A stretch of 64,000 nucleotides of DNA from Sediminibacterium sp. (GCA_021300455.1 JAJTDP010000004.1:2438-66437), one strand, 5' to 3'. Shown: positions 29,314-39,500, counted from the first letter of the stretch. Translations and numbers: made by a program. The notes: generated by a model from the sequence alone, not told the origin.

Positions 29314-30849
29314 CTACAATTCTTTACGCAATCTAGCAACGGGTACATTTAATTGTTCTCTATATTTAGCAACTGTTCTTCTAGCAATATTATAGCCCTT
29401 TTCTTGCAACTGCTCTGTTAACTCGTCATCACTAAAAGGCTTATGCTTGTCTTCCGACTCCAAGAGTTCTTCCAAGATAGCTTTTACCTCCTTAGTACTT
29501 ACTTCCTCTCCAGAATCAGTGGTTAAAGATTCACTGAAAAAATATTTTAATAAGAAAGTGCCAAATTCCGTTTGTACATACTTGCTATTGGCTACCCTGC
29601 TGACTGTAGAAACATCTAAAGAAGTTTTTTCTGCTATATCTTTTAAAATCATGGGCTTTAACTTGGTAGTATCACCCGTCATAAAGAATGCTTCCTGATG
29701 CACCAAAATAGATTTCATGGTATGCAATAAGGTTTGCTGTCTTTGTTGAATCATTTCAATAAACCATTTAGCCGAGTCAATTTTTTGTTTGATAAAAAAT
29801 ACAGCTTCCTTCTGCGATTTATCTTGTTTATTGCTATGCTCGTATTCTTTTAGCATTAATTTATAATCATCGCTAATCACCAAGGGTGGTGCATTACGGC
29901 TATTCAAGCTTAATTCTAAATTTCCATTATTAATAAGTACGGTAAAGTCTGGAATAATATATTTATCGGCCTCGCTCATATGGCCCGTTTCAGCCCCTGG
30001 CTTAGGGTTGAGGGAAATAATTTGATGAAGCACCTCTTTTATTTGCACCTCTTCTAAGTGTAAACTCTTCTGTATTTTATCATAGTGCTTGCGCGTAAAT
30101 TCTTCAAAATGTTTTTCAATGACTAGAATAGCCAGTTTTCTTATTTCATCTGAAGCAGGATCTTGCAGGGCTTCATCTCTTTGTTCAGCTTGCTTTCTTT
30201 TTAATTGAATCAATAAACATTCTTGTAAGTTTCTAGCGCCAATACCCGGTGGATCAAACTGCTGCACTTTCAATAAAAGGGCTTCAATTTCTTTTTCTTC
30301 TACCCACATACTTTGTTTAAAGGCTAAATCATCGGCAATAGATTGCAAGGCTCTTCTCAAATAACCATCATCATCTAAGCTCCCCACAATTTGTTCTGCA
30401 ATTTTATATTCATGGTCGGCCAAATCCAACATGCTCAATTGATCCATTAATAATTCATGTAAACTTTGCTCTGCTTTAATGGGAATGACTTTGTCATTGT
30501 CTAGTTCTGGATAATAATCGTCCTTGGTTTTATAATCAGCTACATCTCCTTCATCGTCAAAACTATAATCACTTAATTCTTCATTACTCATTTCAAATTC
30601 ATCCACTGGAATCGCTTCTTCTTCTTCCAAGCTACCTTGTAATAAATCATCTGGCATTTCCTCTACCGACTTTTCCATATCTCCTTCCAATAAATCGGCA
30701 TTCATTTCTAGGGCCGGATTTTCTTCCAACTCTTCTTTAACTCTTTGTTCTATTTGGGCAGTAGGAATTTGCAACAACTTCATCAGTTGTATTTGCTGTG
30801 GCGACAATCTTTGTAATTGTCTTTGTTGCAAGGATTGGCCTAATGACAT
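29314..30849 (-). CDS. rpoN: RNA polymerase sigma-54 factor
   Basis: Gln-rich region I, ENPALE, STVSRVANSKY, RpoN box ARRTVAKYRE. Confidence 0.98.
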   Translation of the reverse strand: MSLGQSLQQRQLQRLSPQQIQLMKLLQIPTAQIEQRVKEELEENPALEMNADLLEGDMEKSVEEMPDDLLQGSLEEEEAIPVDEFEMSNEELSDYSFDDEGDVADYKTKDDYYPELDNDKVIPIKAEQSLHELLMDQLSMLDLADHEYKIAEQIVGSLDDDGYLRRALQSIADDLAFKQSMWVEEKEIEALLLKVQQFDPPGIGARNLQECLLIQLKRKQAEQRDEALQDPASDEIRKLAILVIEKHFEEFTRKHYDKIQKSLHLEEVQIKEVLHQIISLNPKPGAETGHMSEADKYIIPDFTVLINNGNLELSLNSRNAPPLVISDDYKLMLKEYEHSNKQDKSQKEAVFFIKQKIDSAKWFIEMIQQRQQTLLHTMKSILVHQEAFFMTGDTTKLKPMILKDIAEKTSLDVSTVSRVANSKYVQTEFGTFLLKYFFSESLTTDSGEEVSTKEVKAILEELLESEDKHKPFSDDELTEQLQEKGYNIARRTVAKYREQLNVPVARLRKEL

Positions 30850-30859
30850 AATCGCTGCT

Positions 30860-32059
30860 TTAAGAAATTGCTTTTTCTATCACACTTAAAAATGCATCTC
30901 CTTTTTCATGCACTTGGGCTTCGGTCCATGTTAAACTTATGGCTGTAGATATGGCCCTACTCATAATAGCATCGCTTTTTTCAAAAGACTTTGTACTTAA
31001 TGCCGCTAGTGCTTTTTGCTGTGGCTCATTTAAAGCAGACAAGCTTTGTACATTTTTAAGATGCGCCCACTTTTTGATATAATGCCAGTTGTTAGCATAC
31101 CAATAAAAATTACCTGCTAATATATTGGCTTGCTTCATTGCCTCAATTACTTTTTCAGTGGCTTCTTGTGAAGGTAAAAACCAAGTTAAAAAACTTCCAC
31201 TATCTCCTGCAGGGTCCGGCACTGTTCTAAATACAATGCCTGGCACTTTCTCCATATAAGATTTTAAAATTTGATTGTTCCTTTTTTGTATCGTTAAAAA
31301 CTGATCTAATTTTCTTATTTGTGCCAAACCAACGGCTGCATGCAATTCACTAATTCTAAAATTATAGCCTAAGAAAGGATGTAAATCGGCTCCTCTATCC
31401 ACACCTGCATGATCATGACCATGATCGGTATACGCATCTGCTTTTATATATACTTCTTTGCTATTGGTCATCACCACACCGCCTTCTCCACAAGTAATTG
31501 TTTTTACAAAGTCAAAAGAAAAAGTACCAGCATGACCAATACTTCCTAATGGTTTTCCTTTATAAGTGCCTCCGATACTTTGACAAGCATCTTCCAATAA
31601 AATTAAATTATGTTTATCACAGATAGCTTTTAAGGCATCTAAATCGGCCATAGATCCGCACATATGCACGGGCATAATACATTTTGTTTTAGGCGTAATA
31701 GCCGCTTCCACTGCTGCTGGGTCTAAGGTAAGTGAGCTATCAATGTCTACTAAAATAGGCACAGCCCCCACACTTAAAATGGCTTCAAAACTTGCCACAA
31801 AAGTAAAAGCAGGCATAATAACTTCGTCCCCAACACCCACACCTAAGGAAACCATGGCGGTGGTTAAGGCCCCGGTACCACTAGAGGTTAATTGTGCATA
31901 CTGAGTACCAAAACGACTACAAATAGCCTGTTCTAGCTCTTTTGATTTCCACATCCCATTTCTAGGACCATCAAAACCATAACGCATTAGAATGCCAGTC
32001 TCTAAGACCTCATTCACTTCTTTTTTTTCTTCTGCTCCAAACATTTCAAAACCTGGCAT
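30860..32059 (-). CDS. kdnA: PLP-dependent DegT/DnrJ/EryC1/StrS aminotransferase, KdnA-like (Kdo8N biosynthesis)
   Basis: MPGFEMFGAEEKKEV, EDACQSIGG, SFDFVKTITCGEGG, DHGHDH..DRGA..HP, FYWYANNWHY, SDAIMSR. These match my recollection of Shewanella KdnA along its length. Confidence 0.72.
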   Translation of the reverse strand: MPGFEMFGAEEKKEVNEVLETGILMRYGFDGPRNGMWKSKELEQAICSRFGTQYAQLTSSGTGALTTAMVSLGVGVGDEVIMPAFTFVASFEAILSVGAVPILVDIDSSLTLDPAAVEAAITPKTKCIMPVHMCGSMADLDALKAICDKHNLILLEDACQSIGGTYKGKPLGSIGHAGTFSFDFVKTITCGEGGVVMTNSKEVYIKADAYTDHGHDHAGVDRGADLHPFLGYNFRISELHAAVGLAQIRKLDQFLTIQKRNNQILKSYMEKVPGIVFRTVPDPAGDSGSFLTWFLPSQEATEKVIEAMKQANILAGNFYWYANNWHYIKKWAHLKNVQSLSALNEPQQKALAALSTKSFEKSDAIMSRAISTAISLTWTEAQVHEKGDAFLSVIEKAIS

Positions 32060-32154
32060 ACCCTTTCGTTTTATTGATAAACAAAGGTAGTTTAAAAAAC
32101 GAAAATTGGGTGTTTTTCAGTAATTTGCGCCCGTAAAATAACTACACCGAATTT

Positions 32155-32577
32155 ATGGAATACAGCAAACTAATCGCCGTTTCTGGCCTATCAGGATTAT
32201 TTGAATTATTGACCAGCAAAAGCGATGGCGCGATAGCTAAATCACTAGAAAATGATACTACTCAATTCATTAGCTCTAGGGCGCACCAGTTCTCTCATTT
32301 AGAGAGTATTGAGGTATTTACCACCCGCGAAAACGTATTTTTAGCGGAAGTATTTATAGCCATGGGTAAATCTAAAGAGGCCTTGCCGAATGAAAAAGAA
32401 GCAAAATCGGTAGAAGCCTACTTTAAAAAGACTTACCCGAATATGGACTTTACAAGAGTGTATGCAAGTGATATGAAAAAAATGATAAAATGGTTTGCGC
32501 AACTACAAAAGCATAAAGTAGAACCTACCTTGCCTGAGGCTGACGACGAAGCTGACGAAGAAGAGCAAAAGGCATAA
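32155..32577 (+). CDS. DUF5606 family protein
   Basis: IAVSGLSGLFEL, LESIEVFT, RVYASDMKKMIKWF, acidic tail. Confidence 0.85.
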   Translation: MEYSKLIAVSGLSGLFELLTSKSDGAIAKSLENDTTQFISSRAHQFSHLESIEVFTTRENVFLAEVFIAMGKSKEALPNEKEAKSVEAYFKKTYPNMDFTRVYASDMKKMIKWFAQLQKHKVEPTLPEADDEADEEEQKA

Positions 32578-32606
32578 GCCTTTGAACTACCTCCACTAAC
32601 TTATAT

Positions 32607-32640
32607 AAAAAACTTACCTAACCTAGGGTAAGTTTTTTTT
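32607..32640 (+). terminator. Intrinsic terminator after the DUF5606 gene
   Basis: aaaaaacttacc / ggtaagtttttt stem with an 8-nt loop and a T tract. Confidence 0.75.
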
Positions 32641-32696
32641 TATCCTTAAATTGCAATACCATCAATTGTTATATGTAGCAATTGTAAAAAATACAC

Positions 32697-34433
32697 ATGA
32701 AAAAAATATTGCTCATTATTATTCTTTGCTTTTTATTTATTGGACAAGGTTTTGCGCAAAGCAAGGAAGGAACAAAATGGATTAAAAATCAATTCAAGCA
32801 ATTGTCATTAGACGAGAAGATTGCTCAATTAATGATTATTAGAGCGCATAGTAATTGGGATGTCAAAAAAATAGATACCCTATCAGAGCTGATTAAAAAA
32901 TACAATATAGGTGGCTTATGTTTTTTTCAAGGAGGCCCTGTGAGAGAAGCAGTGCAAACAAACTATTATCAATCTATTGCTAAAACCCCACTACTTATTA
33001 CTATGGACGCAGAGTGGGGTGTGGGTATGAGACTAGACAGTGTTGAAATGTTTCCAAGACAACTTTCTTTAGGCGCTATTTCTTCTGATCATTTAGTATA
33101 TCAAATGGGAGCCGCTGTGGCAGCTCAATGTAAAAGATTAGGCATACAAGTAAATTATGCACCAGATGTAGATATTAATAATAATCCAAGCAACCCCGTT
33201 ATTAATGAAAGAAGTTTTGGTCAAAATAAACAAAGAGTGATTCAACATGGTATTGCCTATATGAAGGGCTTGCAAGACAATGGCGTCATGGCCACTGCTA
33301 AACATTTTCCTGGACATGGGGATGTATCGGTTGATTCACATGCAGATATTCCTGTGATAAATAAAAGTATGGAGCAGCTAACAGCAATGGAACTAGCACC
33401 TTTCAAGGCCTTGATTGACGCAGGTATTGAATCGGTGATGGTAGGGCATTTATCGGTACCTGCCATTGACAACAGACCTAAGTATGCTACTTCTTTATCT
33501 TCAAAAGCTATTCATGATTTACTAAAAAAAGATTTAGGCTTTAAAGGTATTGCAGTAACAGATGCATTAGATATGCAAGCCATTAGTAATTATTTTCCTA
33601 AAGGAGAAGCGAATGTACAAGCTATACTTGCTGGCAATGATATGCTATGTTTACCTGGTGATATTGGGGCCTCTATTGAAAAAATAAAATTAGCCATTAA
33701 AGAAAAGCGCATTACTAAAAAAGATATTGACCAAAGAGTTAAAAAAATATTAGCTGCAAAATATAAATATGGTTTACATAATTTTCAACCTATTGATACT
33801 ACCAATATTATTGCAGATTTAAATAAATCGGTAGGAGCCCTAAAATCTCAAATGGCAGCGCAGTCACTTAGTTTTGTAAAACCTAGCGTAGGTATTAGTA
33901 TGGGGCTTCAAAAAAAGACAGCCTATATAGCCTTAAATCTTGCAAAACCAAATTTGCTTACTCTAGCACTTACAGAAAAATATGGTTTTCAAATATTTTA
34001 CGTCAATGCTAAAGATAGCAACGCTCTTGAAACAGTTAAAAAATCGGTGACTCAGTTTGATCAAGTCATTGTGGGTTTACATAATTATAATCGTAAACCT
34101 GCCAATCATTTTGAAATACCTAGTCAAATGATTCAGTTTTTAAATGAAGCGCATCCAAGCAATTGGTTTCATTTAATTTTTGGCAACCCTTATGCAGTGG
34201 GTGAATTTAGTAAAATACAAAATATCTTATTTGCCTTCGAAGACAATAACTTCACACAAGAAGCTGTACTAAATTGGATCGAAGGTAAAATACAAGCTAC
34301 AGGTGAGCTTCCCGTTACAATAAGCGAAGACATGCCCTATGGTACAGGAAGTCATCCATTGAAATCGAGTACAAGCATGGTAGCACCTTTAAAAGCTAAA
34401 ACTCAAGATGCCCTTTATGCCTCAATTAACTAA
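32697..34433 (+). CDS. GH3 beta-N-acetylglucosaminidase (NagZ-like, N- and C-terminal domains)
   Basis: MDAEWG, RSFG, KHFPGHG, DSH, VTDALDM. Confidence 0.9.
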   Translation: MKKILLIIILCFLFIGQGFAQSKEGTKWIKNQFKQLSLDEKIAQLMIIRAHSNWDVKKIDTLSELIKKYNIGGLCFFQGGPVREAVQTNYYQSIAKTPLLITMDAEWGVGMRLDSVEMFPRQLSLGAISSDHLVYQMGAAVAAQCKRLGIQVNYAPDVDINNNPSNPVINERSFGQNKQRVIQHGIAYMKGLQDNGVMATAKHFPGHGDVSVDSHADIPVINKSMEQLTAMELAPFKALIDAGIESVMVGHLSVPAIDNRPKYATSLSSKAIHDLLKKDLGFKGIAVTDALDMQAISNYFPKGEANVQAILAGNDMLCLPGDIGASIEKIKLAIKEKRITKKDIDQRVKKILAAKYKYGLHNFQPIDTTNIIADLNKSVGALKSQMAAQSLSFVKPSVGISMGLQKKTAYIALNLAKPNLLTLALTEKYGFQIFYVNAKDSNALETVKKSVTQFDQVIVGLHNYNRKPANHFEIPSQMIQFLNEAHPSNWFHLIFGNPYAVGEFSKIQNILFAFEDNNFTQEAVLNWIEGKIQATGELPVTISEDMPYGTGSHPLKSSTSMVAPLKAKTQDALYASIN

Positions 34434-36627
34434 AAACATATTTAAAAAATGTTTTTTGGGATTATGTTGGCTAAGCATTTATCTGCAAGCTGCTGCTCAA
34501 ACACCCATAGGGCCGCTAGGTCAATGGAGAGAGCATTACAATAATAAAAGCGTTCAGCATTTAGTTAAAGGAAATGTATTGTACGGCGCTACTACTAATC
34601 AAGTATTTAGTATAGATGTAAAAAATAATATTCAATTTCTAGGCAAGTCGAATGGATTAAATGAAATAGAAATTGCTGCCATTGCTTGGGACCCCATACA
34701 ATCGCAGTTAATGATTGCCTATAAGAATAGTAATATGGACATAGTAAAGGGAGATGAAATTTTTCCCATTGCCGATATTTATTTATCTAAAGTATATGCC
34801 AACAAAAAAATAAATTCTATTCAAATTCTTGGGCCATGGGCGCTTGTCTCAACCCATTTTGGCATTGTGGTAGTGGACTTAATCAAACATGAAATAAAGG
34901 ATACTTGGTTTGCCAATAATTCCAGGCAGGCCATTATCACTTATCAAACTATATCTACTTCCGATAGCTTGTACGCCTTAACTGAAGAGGGATTGTATAG
35001 CACGGCTTTGAAAAATAATTATATCACAAGTAATCAGTGGAAAAAAATAAATGGAAATATAGCTATTAAAAAATTAAGCAGTTTTAATAATACTGTTTAT
35101 GCCATAGGCAGTAAAAATATTTATCAGTTGCCAAAAACAGATCCTATTTACCAAACCAGTACTGATTTTATTAATAATGCATTTGCGCATAAAGAAGGTT
35201 TGTATATTATTCAATCCAATGGTGTCAACGGAAGCTTAGTAAATTTAAATTTCAATAATACGGTTACTACTATCCTTGATAAAAATTTCTTAGCCATGCC
35301 AGTTGATATGGCCATAGACCCAACTACAATTTGGATTGCGGATAGCCTCAATGGATTAATTATAAAAAATACAGAAACTAAAAATATACCACTAGGAGGC
35401 CCTACCGAAAAAATAAGAGGTACTGGTTTTGTAAACGCTGATTATTTATTAGCCCCCTTTGGAGAAAAGATAGGTGGCTTTAGCAGCTATAGTGATGCGG
35501 GTTGGAAAAATTATACTAAGTTAAACGGCGTTAATATACCAATACTTACTGCTGCAAGCATTGACCCTGTTGATAATACATGGTGGTTTACCTCTGGCAA
35601 TTCTCTTTTGCAGTACAATATAAGTTCTAACAGTATTGAAACGATGAGTCCCAATGCATTGGCTGGAAATTTTACACAAATACAATTTTCAAAGGATGGT
35701 ATTTTTTGGGGGCTACAAGATGGTCAGGGACTTATTCAAAAACAAGATAATAAATGGACAAGCATTTCCCTACCCAATAATTATTTAAAAAATGGATTAA
35801 AGAAAATGGTTGTTAATAGGCAAGGTCAAGCTTGGGTTCCAGGCCCCGCGAATCAAGGACTCTATGTTTATCAATCCAATAAATATTTTGGTACTGCCAT
35901 TTGGAAACAATTGAATACTTCAAAGTCTTTAGGCAATTTACCTAGCAACACTGTTTTAAGTATTGCCTTAGACAATACAGGTTCTATTTGGGTGGGTACC
36001 GATAATGGTATTGGCATTTTTAATTGTGGAGATATTAGTAAAGAGGTATGTGACGCCTTCCTACCTACTATAAAAAATACCAATGGATTTACAGGATTAT
36101 TATTGCAAAGAGAATCGGTGAACTGTATTGCGGTAGATGGAGCGAATAGAAAATGGGTGGGTACTCAAAATGGTATTTGGTTATTAAGTGCAGACGGAAG
36201 TTCTATCATTGAGCATTTCACTAAAAATAATAGTCCTCTTCCTAATGATACCATTTTACAAATTTTAATAGAACCTAAGTACGGGGAAGTTTTTTTTAAT
36301 ACGGCTAATGAAATGGTAAGTTATAGAGGTTTTGCAACAGAAGGATCTGCCAAGCAAAGTGAAATTAAAATTTTCCCTAACCCGGTACCGCCCAATTATA
36401 ATGGTCCCATTGCTTTTAGAGAACTCGTAGAAAATGCACTCGTGAAAATAACTGATATCAATGGAAGCTTAGTATTTGAAACACGCGCTTTAGGCGGACA
36501 AGCTATTTGGAATGGAAAATCATTGACTGGCAATAAAGTAGCCACTGGCATTTACCTTGTATTTGTAAGAGATGATTTGGGTAATGAAAAATCTGTTGGT
36601 AAGATAGTCATTACGAAAGGCGAGTAA
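34417..36627 (+). CDS. porZ: PorZ-like T9SS protein (beta-propellers plus C-terminal sorting domain); start 34408 or 34417
   Basis: GQWREHY N-terminus, WVGTDNGIGIF, VDGANRKWVGTQNG, CTD KIFPNPV...KITDINGSLV...WNG...GIYLVF. Confidence 0.8.
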   Translation: MPQLTKNIFKKCFLGLCWLSIYLQAAAQTPIGPLGQWREHYNNKSVQHLVKGNVLYGATTNQVFSIDVKNNIQFLGKSNGLNEIEIAAIAWDPIQSQLMIAYKNSNMDIVKGDEIFPIADIYLSKVYANKKINSIQILGPWALVSTHFGIVVVDLIKHEIKDTWFANNSRQAIITYQTISTSDSLYALTEEGLYSTALKNNYITSNQWKKINGNIAIKKLSSFNNTVYAIGSKNIYQLPKTDPIYQTSTDFINNAFAHKEGLYIIQSNGVNGSLVNLNFNNTVTTILDKNFLAMPVDMAIDPTTIWIADSLNGLIIKNTETKNIPLGGPTEKIRGTGFVNADYLLAPFGEKIGGFSSYSDAGWKNYTKLNGVNIPILTAASIDPVDNTWWFTSGNSLLQYNISSNSIETMSPNALAGNFTQIQFSKDGIFWGLQDGQGLIQKQDNKWTSISLPNNYLKNGLKKMVVNRQGQAWVPGPANQGLYVYQSNKYFGTAIWKQLNTSKSLGNLPSNTVLSIALDNTGSIWVGTDNGIGIFNCGDISKEVCDAFLPTIKNTNGFTGLLLQRESVNCIAVDGANRKWVGTQNGIWLLSADGSSIIEHFTKNNSPLPNDTILQILIEPKYGEVFFNTANEMVSYRGFATEGSAKQSEIKIFPNPVPPNYNGPIAFRELVENALVKITDINGSLVFETRALGGQAIWNGKSLTGNKVATGIYLVFVRDDLGNEKSVGKIVITKGE

Positions 36628-36629
36628 AA

Positions 36630-37202
36630 TTAATCCGCGACTAAATCAAAAGTTTTAAAAGATTTAAATCTCCAGCTACCTTGGTCACCTGTCATAACAC
36701 GATACATAATTTGTCTAACCTTATTAGTAGGTGTTTTAATAGTTGTATCTGATTCAAAAATGGGAAACTTTCTAAAAAGTATACCTTCAACTAATTTATA
36801 TTCATCCATACCTCTATAGCCTTTACTTAATTGCATATCATTGGTGATGTCTGGAAAATAAATGGGCTCAATTCTTTCATTGTCTCTTGATCCAACACTA
36901 AAAAGGCTTAATTTATCTTTAGCATCTAATACAAAAATGATAATGTCTGGAAATCCATCATTGTTTAAATCATCAATTTCAGTAGAAACTACCCTGCCCC
37001 TTAATTCTAAACTTGCTTCCCTTGTTTCTGATTTAAAACCAACGGGCCTTATAGTTAAGGTGTTACGCTCTAAGCTTCTGTTCATACAAGTAACACGATA
37101 ACCAACTTTACCCATTTTAACGGTGCTATCATATTTATTCCCTTTTTGACCAAAACTGGCTACAGAGATAAACAGGAATGCGAAAAATAAACTTTTATAC
37201 AT
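36630..37202 (-). CDS. Secreted protein resembling Bacteroidota PliI-like lysozyme inhibitors
   Basis: Signal peptide; DDLNNDGFPDI, KGYRGMDEY, RKFPIF, RQIMY pattern. Confidence 0.5.
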   Translation of the reverse strand: MYKSLFFAFLFISVASFGQKGNKYDSTVKMGKVGYRVTCMNRSLERNTLTIRPVGFKSETREASLELRGRVVSTEIDDLNNDGFPDIIIFVLDAKDKLSLFSVGSRDNERIEPIYFPDITNDMQLSKGYRGMDEYKLVEGILFRKFPIFESDTTIKTPTNKVRQIMYRVMTGDQGSWRFKSFKTFDLVAD

Positions 37203-37265
37203 ATTTTATTTATTACTATCCAAAGTTAATAGAATAGTTTTAATTTTCCACTCAAACAATTCAGC

Positions 37266-38207
37266 ATGTCTTTTGAAATTCAAATTACCTCCCTTAGCCA
37301 TTTTGAACTTGTTCGTTTAATAGATACAAGCAATCAGACCGTTATAGAAATAGCCACCAAGGGGGCCTTATTAAATAGCTGGCAGGTAATGGGCCATTCC
37401 ACATTACTAGAAATAGTGGAAGGCAATGATTTTTCAAAGGGTTGGGTTGATTTTGAAGCCGGTGGATTCAAAGGGGGGAAAATGAGCCCCTTTTCTTGTC
37501 GCATCGAAAACGGGCAATATACATTTGAAGACAAAACTTATACCCTAGAAAAGTTCTACCATGAAAAACATGCCCTTCATGGTATTTTGTATGACGAGCT
37601 GTTTAGTATTGAATTAAGTGAAACAGATGACCAGGGTGCTTATCTACATTTACAATACCATTACAAGGCTACAGATAAGGGATTCCCTTTTGCGTATACT
37701 GTTCTTATAAAATGGCATTTGCATAAAAATAATGTAGTAACTGCAGAAACTATTATTACTAACTTAAGTGATTCAAGCATTCCTATGATGGATGGATGGC
37801 ATCCTTATTTTAAATTAGATGCCAGCATCAACGATACATTTATACAATTAAAAGCGAATGGCAAAATAGAGTACGATGAAATGTTGCTACCTACTGGAAA
37901 AATATTAGATGAAAACGAATTTGCAGTTAGTCAAAAAATAGGAGCCCTTCATTTAGATAACTGCTATCTGGTAGACGCCTCCTTAAATACCTGTGTGCTT
38001 GAAAATGAAAAATATCAATTAATTGTTCAGCCACTGATAAACTACCCTTATTTACAATTATATACACCTGCAGACAGAAAAAGTATTGCTATTGAAAATT
38101 TAAGTGGAATACCCAATTGTTTTAATAATAAAATAGGGCTTCAATTAATGAAGCCCCATCAAAATTGGGTACTGAAAACAAGTTATCAGTTTATTATAAA
38201 GCAATAA
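37266..38207 (+). CDS. Aldose 1-epimerase family protein
   Basis: MSPFSCRIENG, HALHG, GWHPYF, LDNCY, QLYTP, IAIEN. Confidence 0.9.
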   Translation: MSFEIQITSLSHFELVRLIDTSNQTVIEIATKGALLNSWQVMGHSTLLEIVEGNDFSKGWVDFEAGGFKGGKMSPFSCRIENGQYTFEDKTYTLEKFYHEKHALHGILYDELFSIELSETDDQGAYLHLQYHYKATDKGFPFAYTVLIKWHLHKNNVVTAETIITNLSDSSIPMMDGWHPYFKLDASINDTFIQLKANGKIEYDEMLLPTGKILDENEFAVSQKIGALHLDNCYLVDASLNTCVLENEKYQLIVQPLINYPYLQLYTPADRKSIAIENLSGIPNCFNNKIGLQLMKPHQNWVLKTSYQFIIKQ

Positions 38208-38580
38208 CCGCTGTAATACTTACTTCTATATTTACATTACGTGGCAATGTTTTTACAGCGACTGTTTCACGCGCTGGAAAATTAGCCGTAAAATAACTTC
38301 CATAGACTTCATTTACTTGAGCAAACAATTGCATATCGCTTAAAAAGATGGTAGTCTTCACCACGTTGGCAAAACTTAGTTTCGCTTCCTCTAAAATAGC
38401 CTTGATGTTTTCCATAACTTGTCTTGTCTCCGCTTGGATATCGGTTAAGACTAATTCGCCTGTAGCAGGATCAAATGCTACCTGACCACTAGCAAATAAA
38501 AATCCGTTGGCAATGACTGCTTGACTATAAGGGCCAATGGGTGCAGGTACTTTACTTGATTGAATAATTTCTTTTGACAT
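38194..38580 (-). CDS. ridA: RidA/YjgF enamine deaminase
   Basis: PIGPYSQA, ASGQV, VKTTIFL, FPARETVAVKTLPRNVNIEV. Confidence 0.93.
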   Translation of the reverse strand: MSKEIIQSSKVPAPIGPYSQAVIANGFLFASGQVAFDPATGELVLTDIQAETRQVMENIKAILEEAKLSFANVVKTTIFLSDMQLFAQVNEVYGSYFTANFPARETVAVKTLPRNVNIEVSITAVIAL

Positions 38581-38655
38581 AATATTGAATTAAGATTGCA
38601 ATTTCTTGTTTTTCTAGCAATTCACCACCTATTTTTGTAAAACATTTTAAAGAAC

Positions 38656-39336
38656 TTGGCAACCCTATTACATATTGATACAGCTGGCGAAAAAGCCATG
38701 GTAGCCATTAGCCAAAATGGAGTCTTAAAGGCTATTCAAGAAAACGAGGTATTTCAAACACATGCATCCTTTTTGCAGGTGGCTATTCAAACACTAGTGA
38801 CAGAAACAGCCATCCCCTTAAATAGTATTGATGCCATTGCAGTAACAATGGGGCCGGGGTCTTATACAGGTTTAAGAGTGGGTCTATCAAGTGCTAAAGG
38901 CATTGCCTATGCTTTGAACAAACCCATTATTGGACTTTCTACCCTTTCGCTTTTAGCCAATGCCGCCTCTAAGCATGCATGGTTTATAGAAAAGAAAGAG
39001 CAGGTGCAAATTTTTGCCATGATAGATGCTAAAAGAATGGAAGTCTTTGGTGCCATTTATGATAGCCAATTAAACTGCCAACTTGCTGAGCAAGCTATAG
39101 TAATTGACAGTAATTATTTAGCAAGTTTGGTCGAAAAGCATCCAACAATTTGTATTGGATCGGCGGCGGCCAAGGCTAAGGCATTACTAAACAATGCTGA
39201 CATCGTTTTTGTGGAGCAGTCATATAATATATTGGATAGCATTCAGTTAGCAGATGCCGCATTTACCAAAGGTGAATTTGCAGATACGGCCTATAGCAGC
39301 CCCTCTTATTTAAAAGAATTTTTCTTGAAAAAATAG
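38656..39336 (+). CDS. tsaB: t6A biosynthesis protein TsaB
   Basis: LHIDTA, GPGSYTGLRVG, MIDAKRMEVF, PSYLK. Confidence 0.95.
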   Translation: MATLLHIDTAGEKAMVAISQNGVLKAIQENEVFQTHASFLQVAIQTLVTETAIPLNSIDAIAVTMGPGSYTGLRVGLSSAKGIAYALNKPIIGLSTLSLLANAASKHAWFIEKKEQVQIFAMIDAKRMEVFGAIYDSQLNCQLAEQAIVIDSNYLASLVEKHPTICIGSAAAKAKALLNNADIVFVEQSYNILDSIQLADAAFTKGEFADTAYSSPSYLKEFFLKK

Positions 39337-39492
39337 ATCCTTTATATAAAAGATTTTGCTCAAAAATGTGATGGGCGGTTTTAAACCTAGTTTGTATAAG
39401 AGAATCTAAGTTGTTGGCAAAATTCATGCACAAAACATATGGCTTTAACATTTTACATATAAAATATTAATTATATTTTTAATTATTAATTG

Positions 39493-39500
39493 TAATTTTG
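39493..39500 (+). promoter_or_regulatory. -7 promoter box (TAATTTTG) for the arsR-rhodanese operon
   Basis: TAnnTTTG match 31 nt upstream of the ATG. Confidence 0.55.

Noticed and set aside
39461-39479. aaaatat-taatt-atatttt palindrome as ArsR operator
   Set aside because: Pure A/T in a very AT-rich region; chance occurrence is likely.
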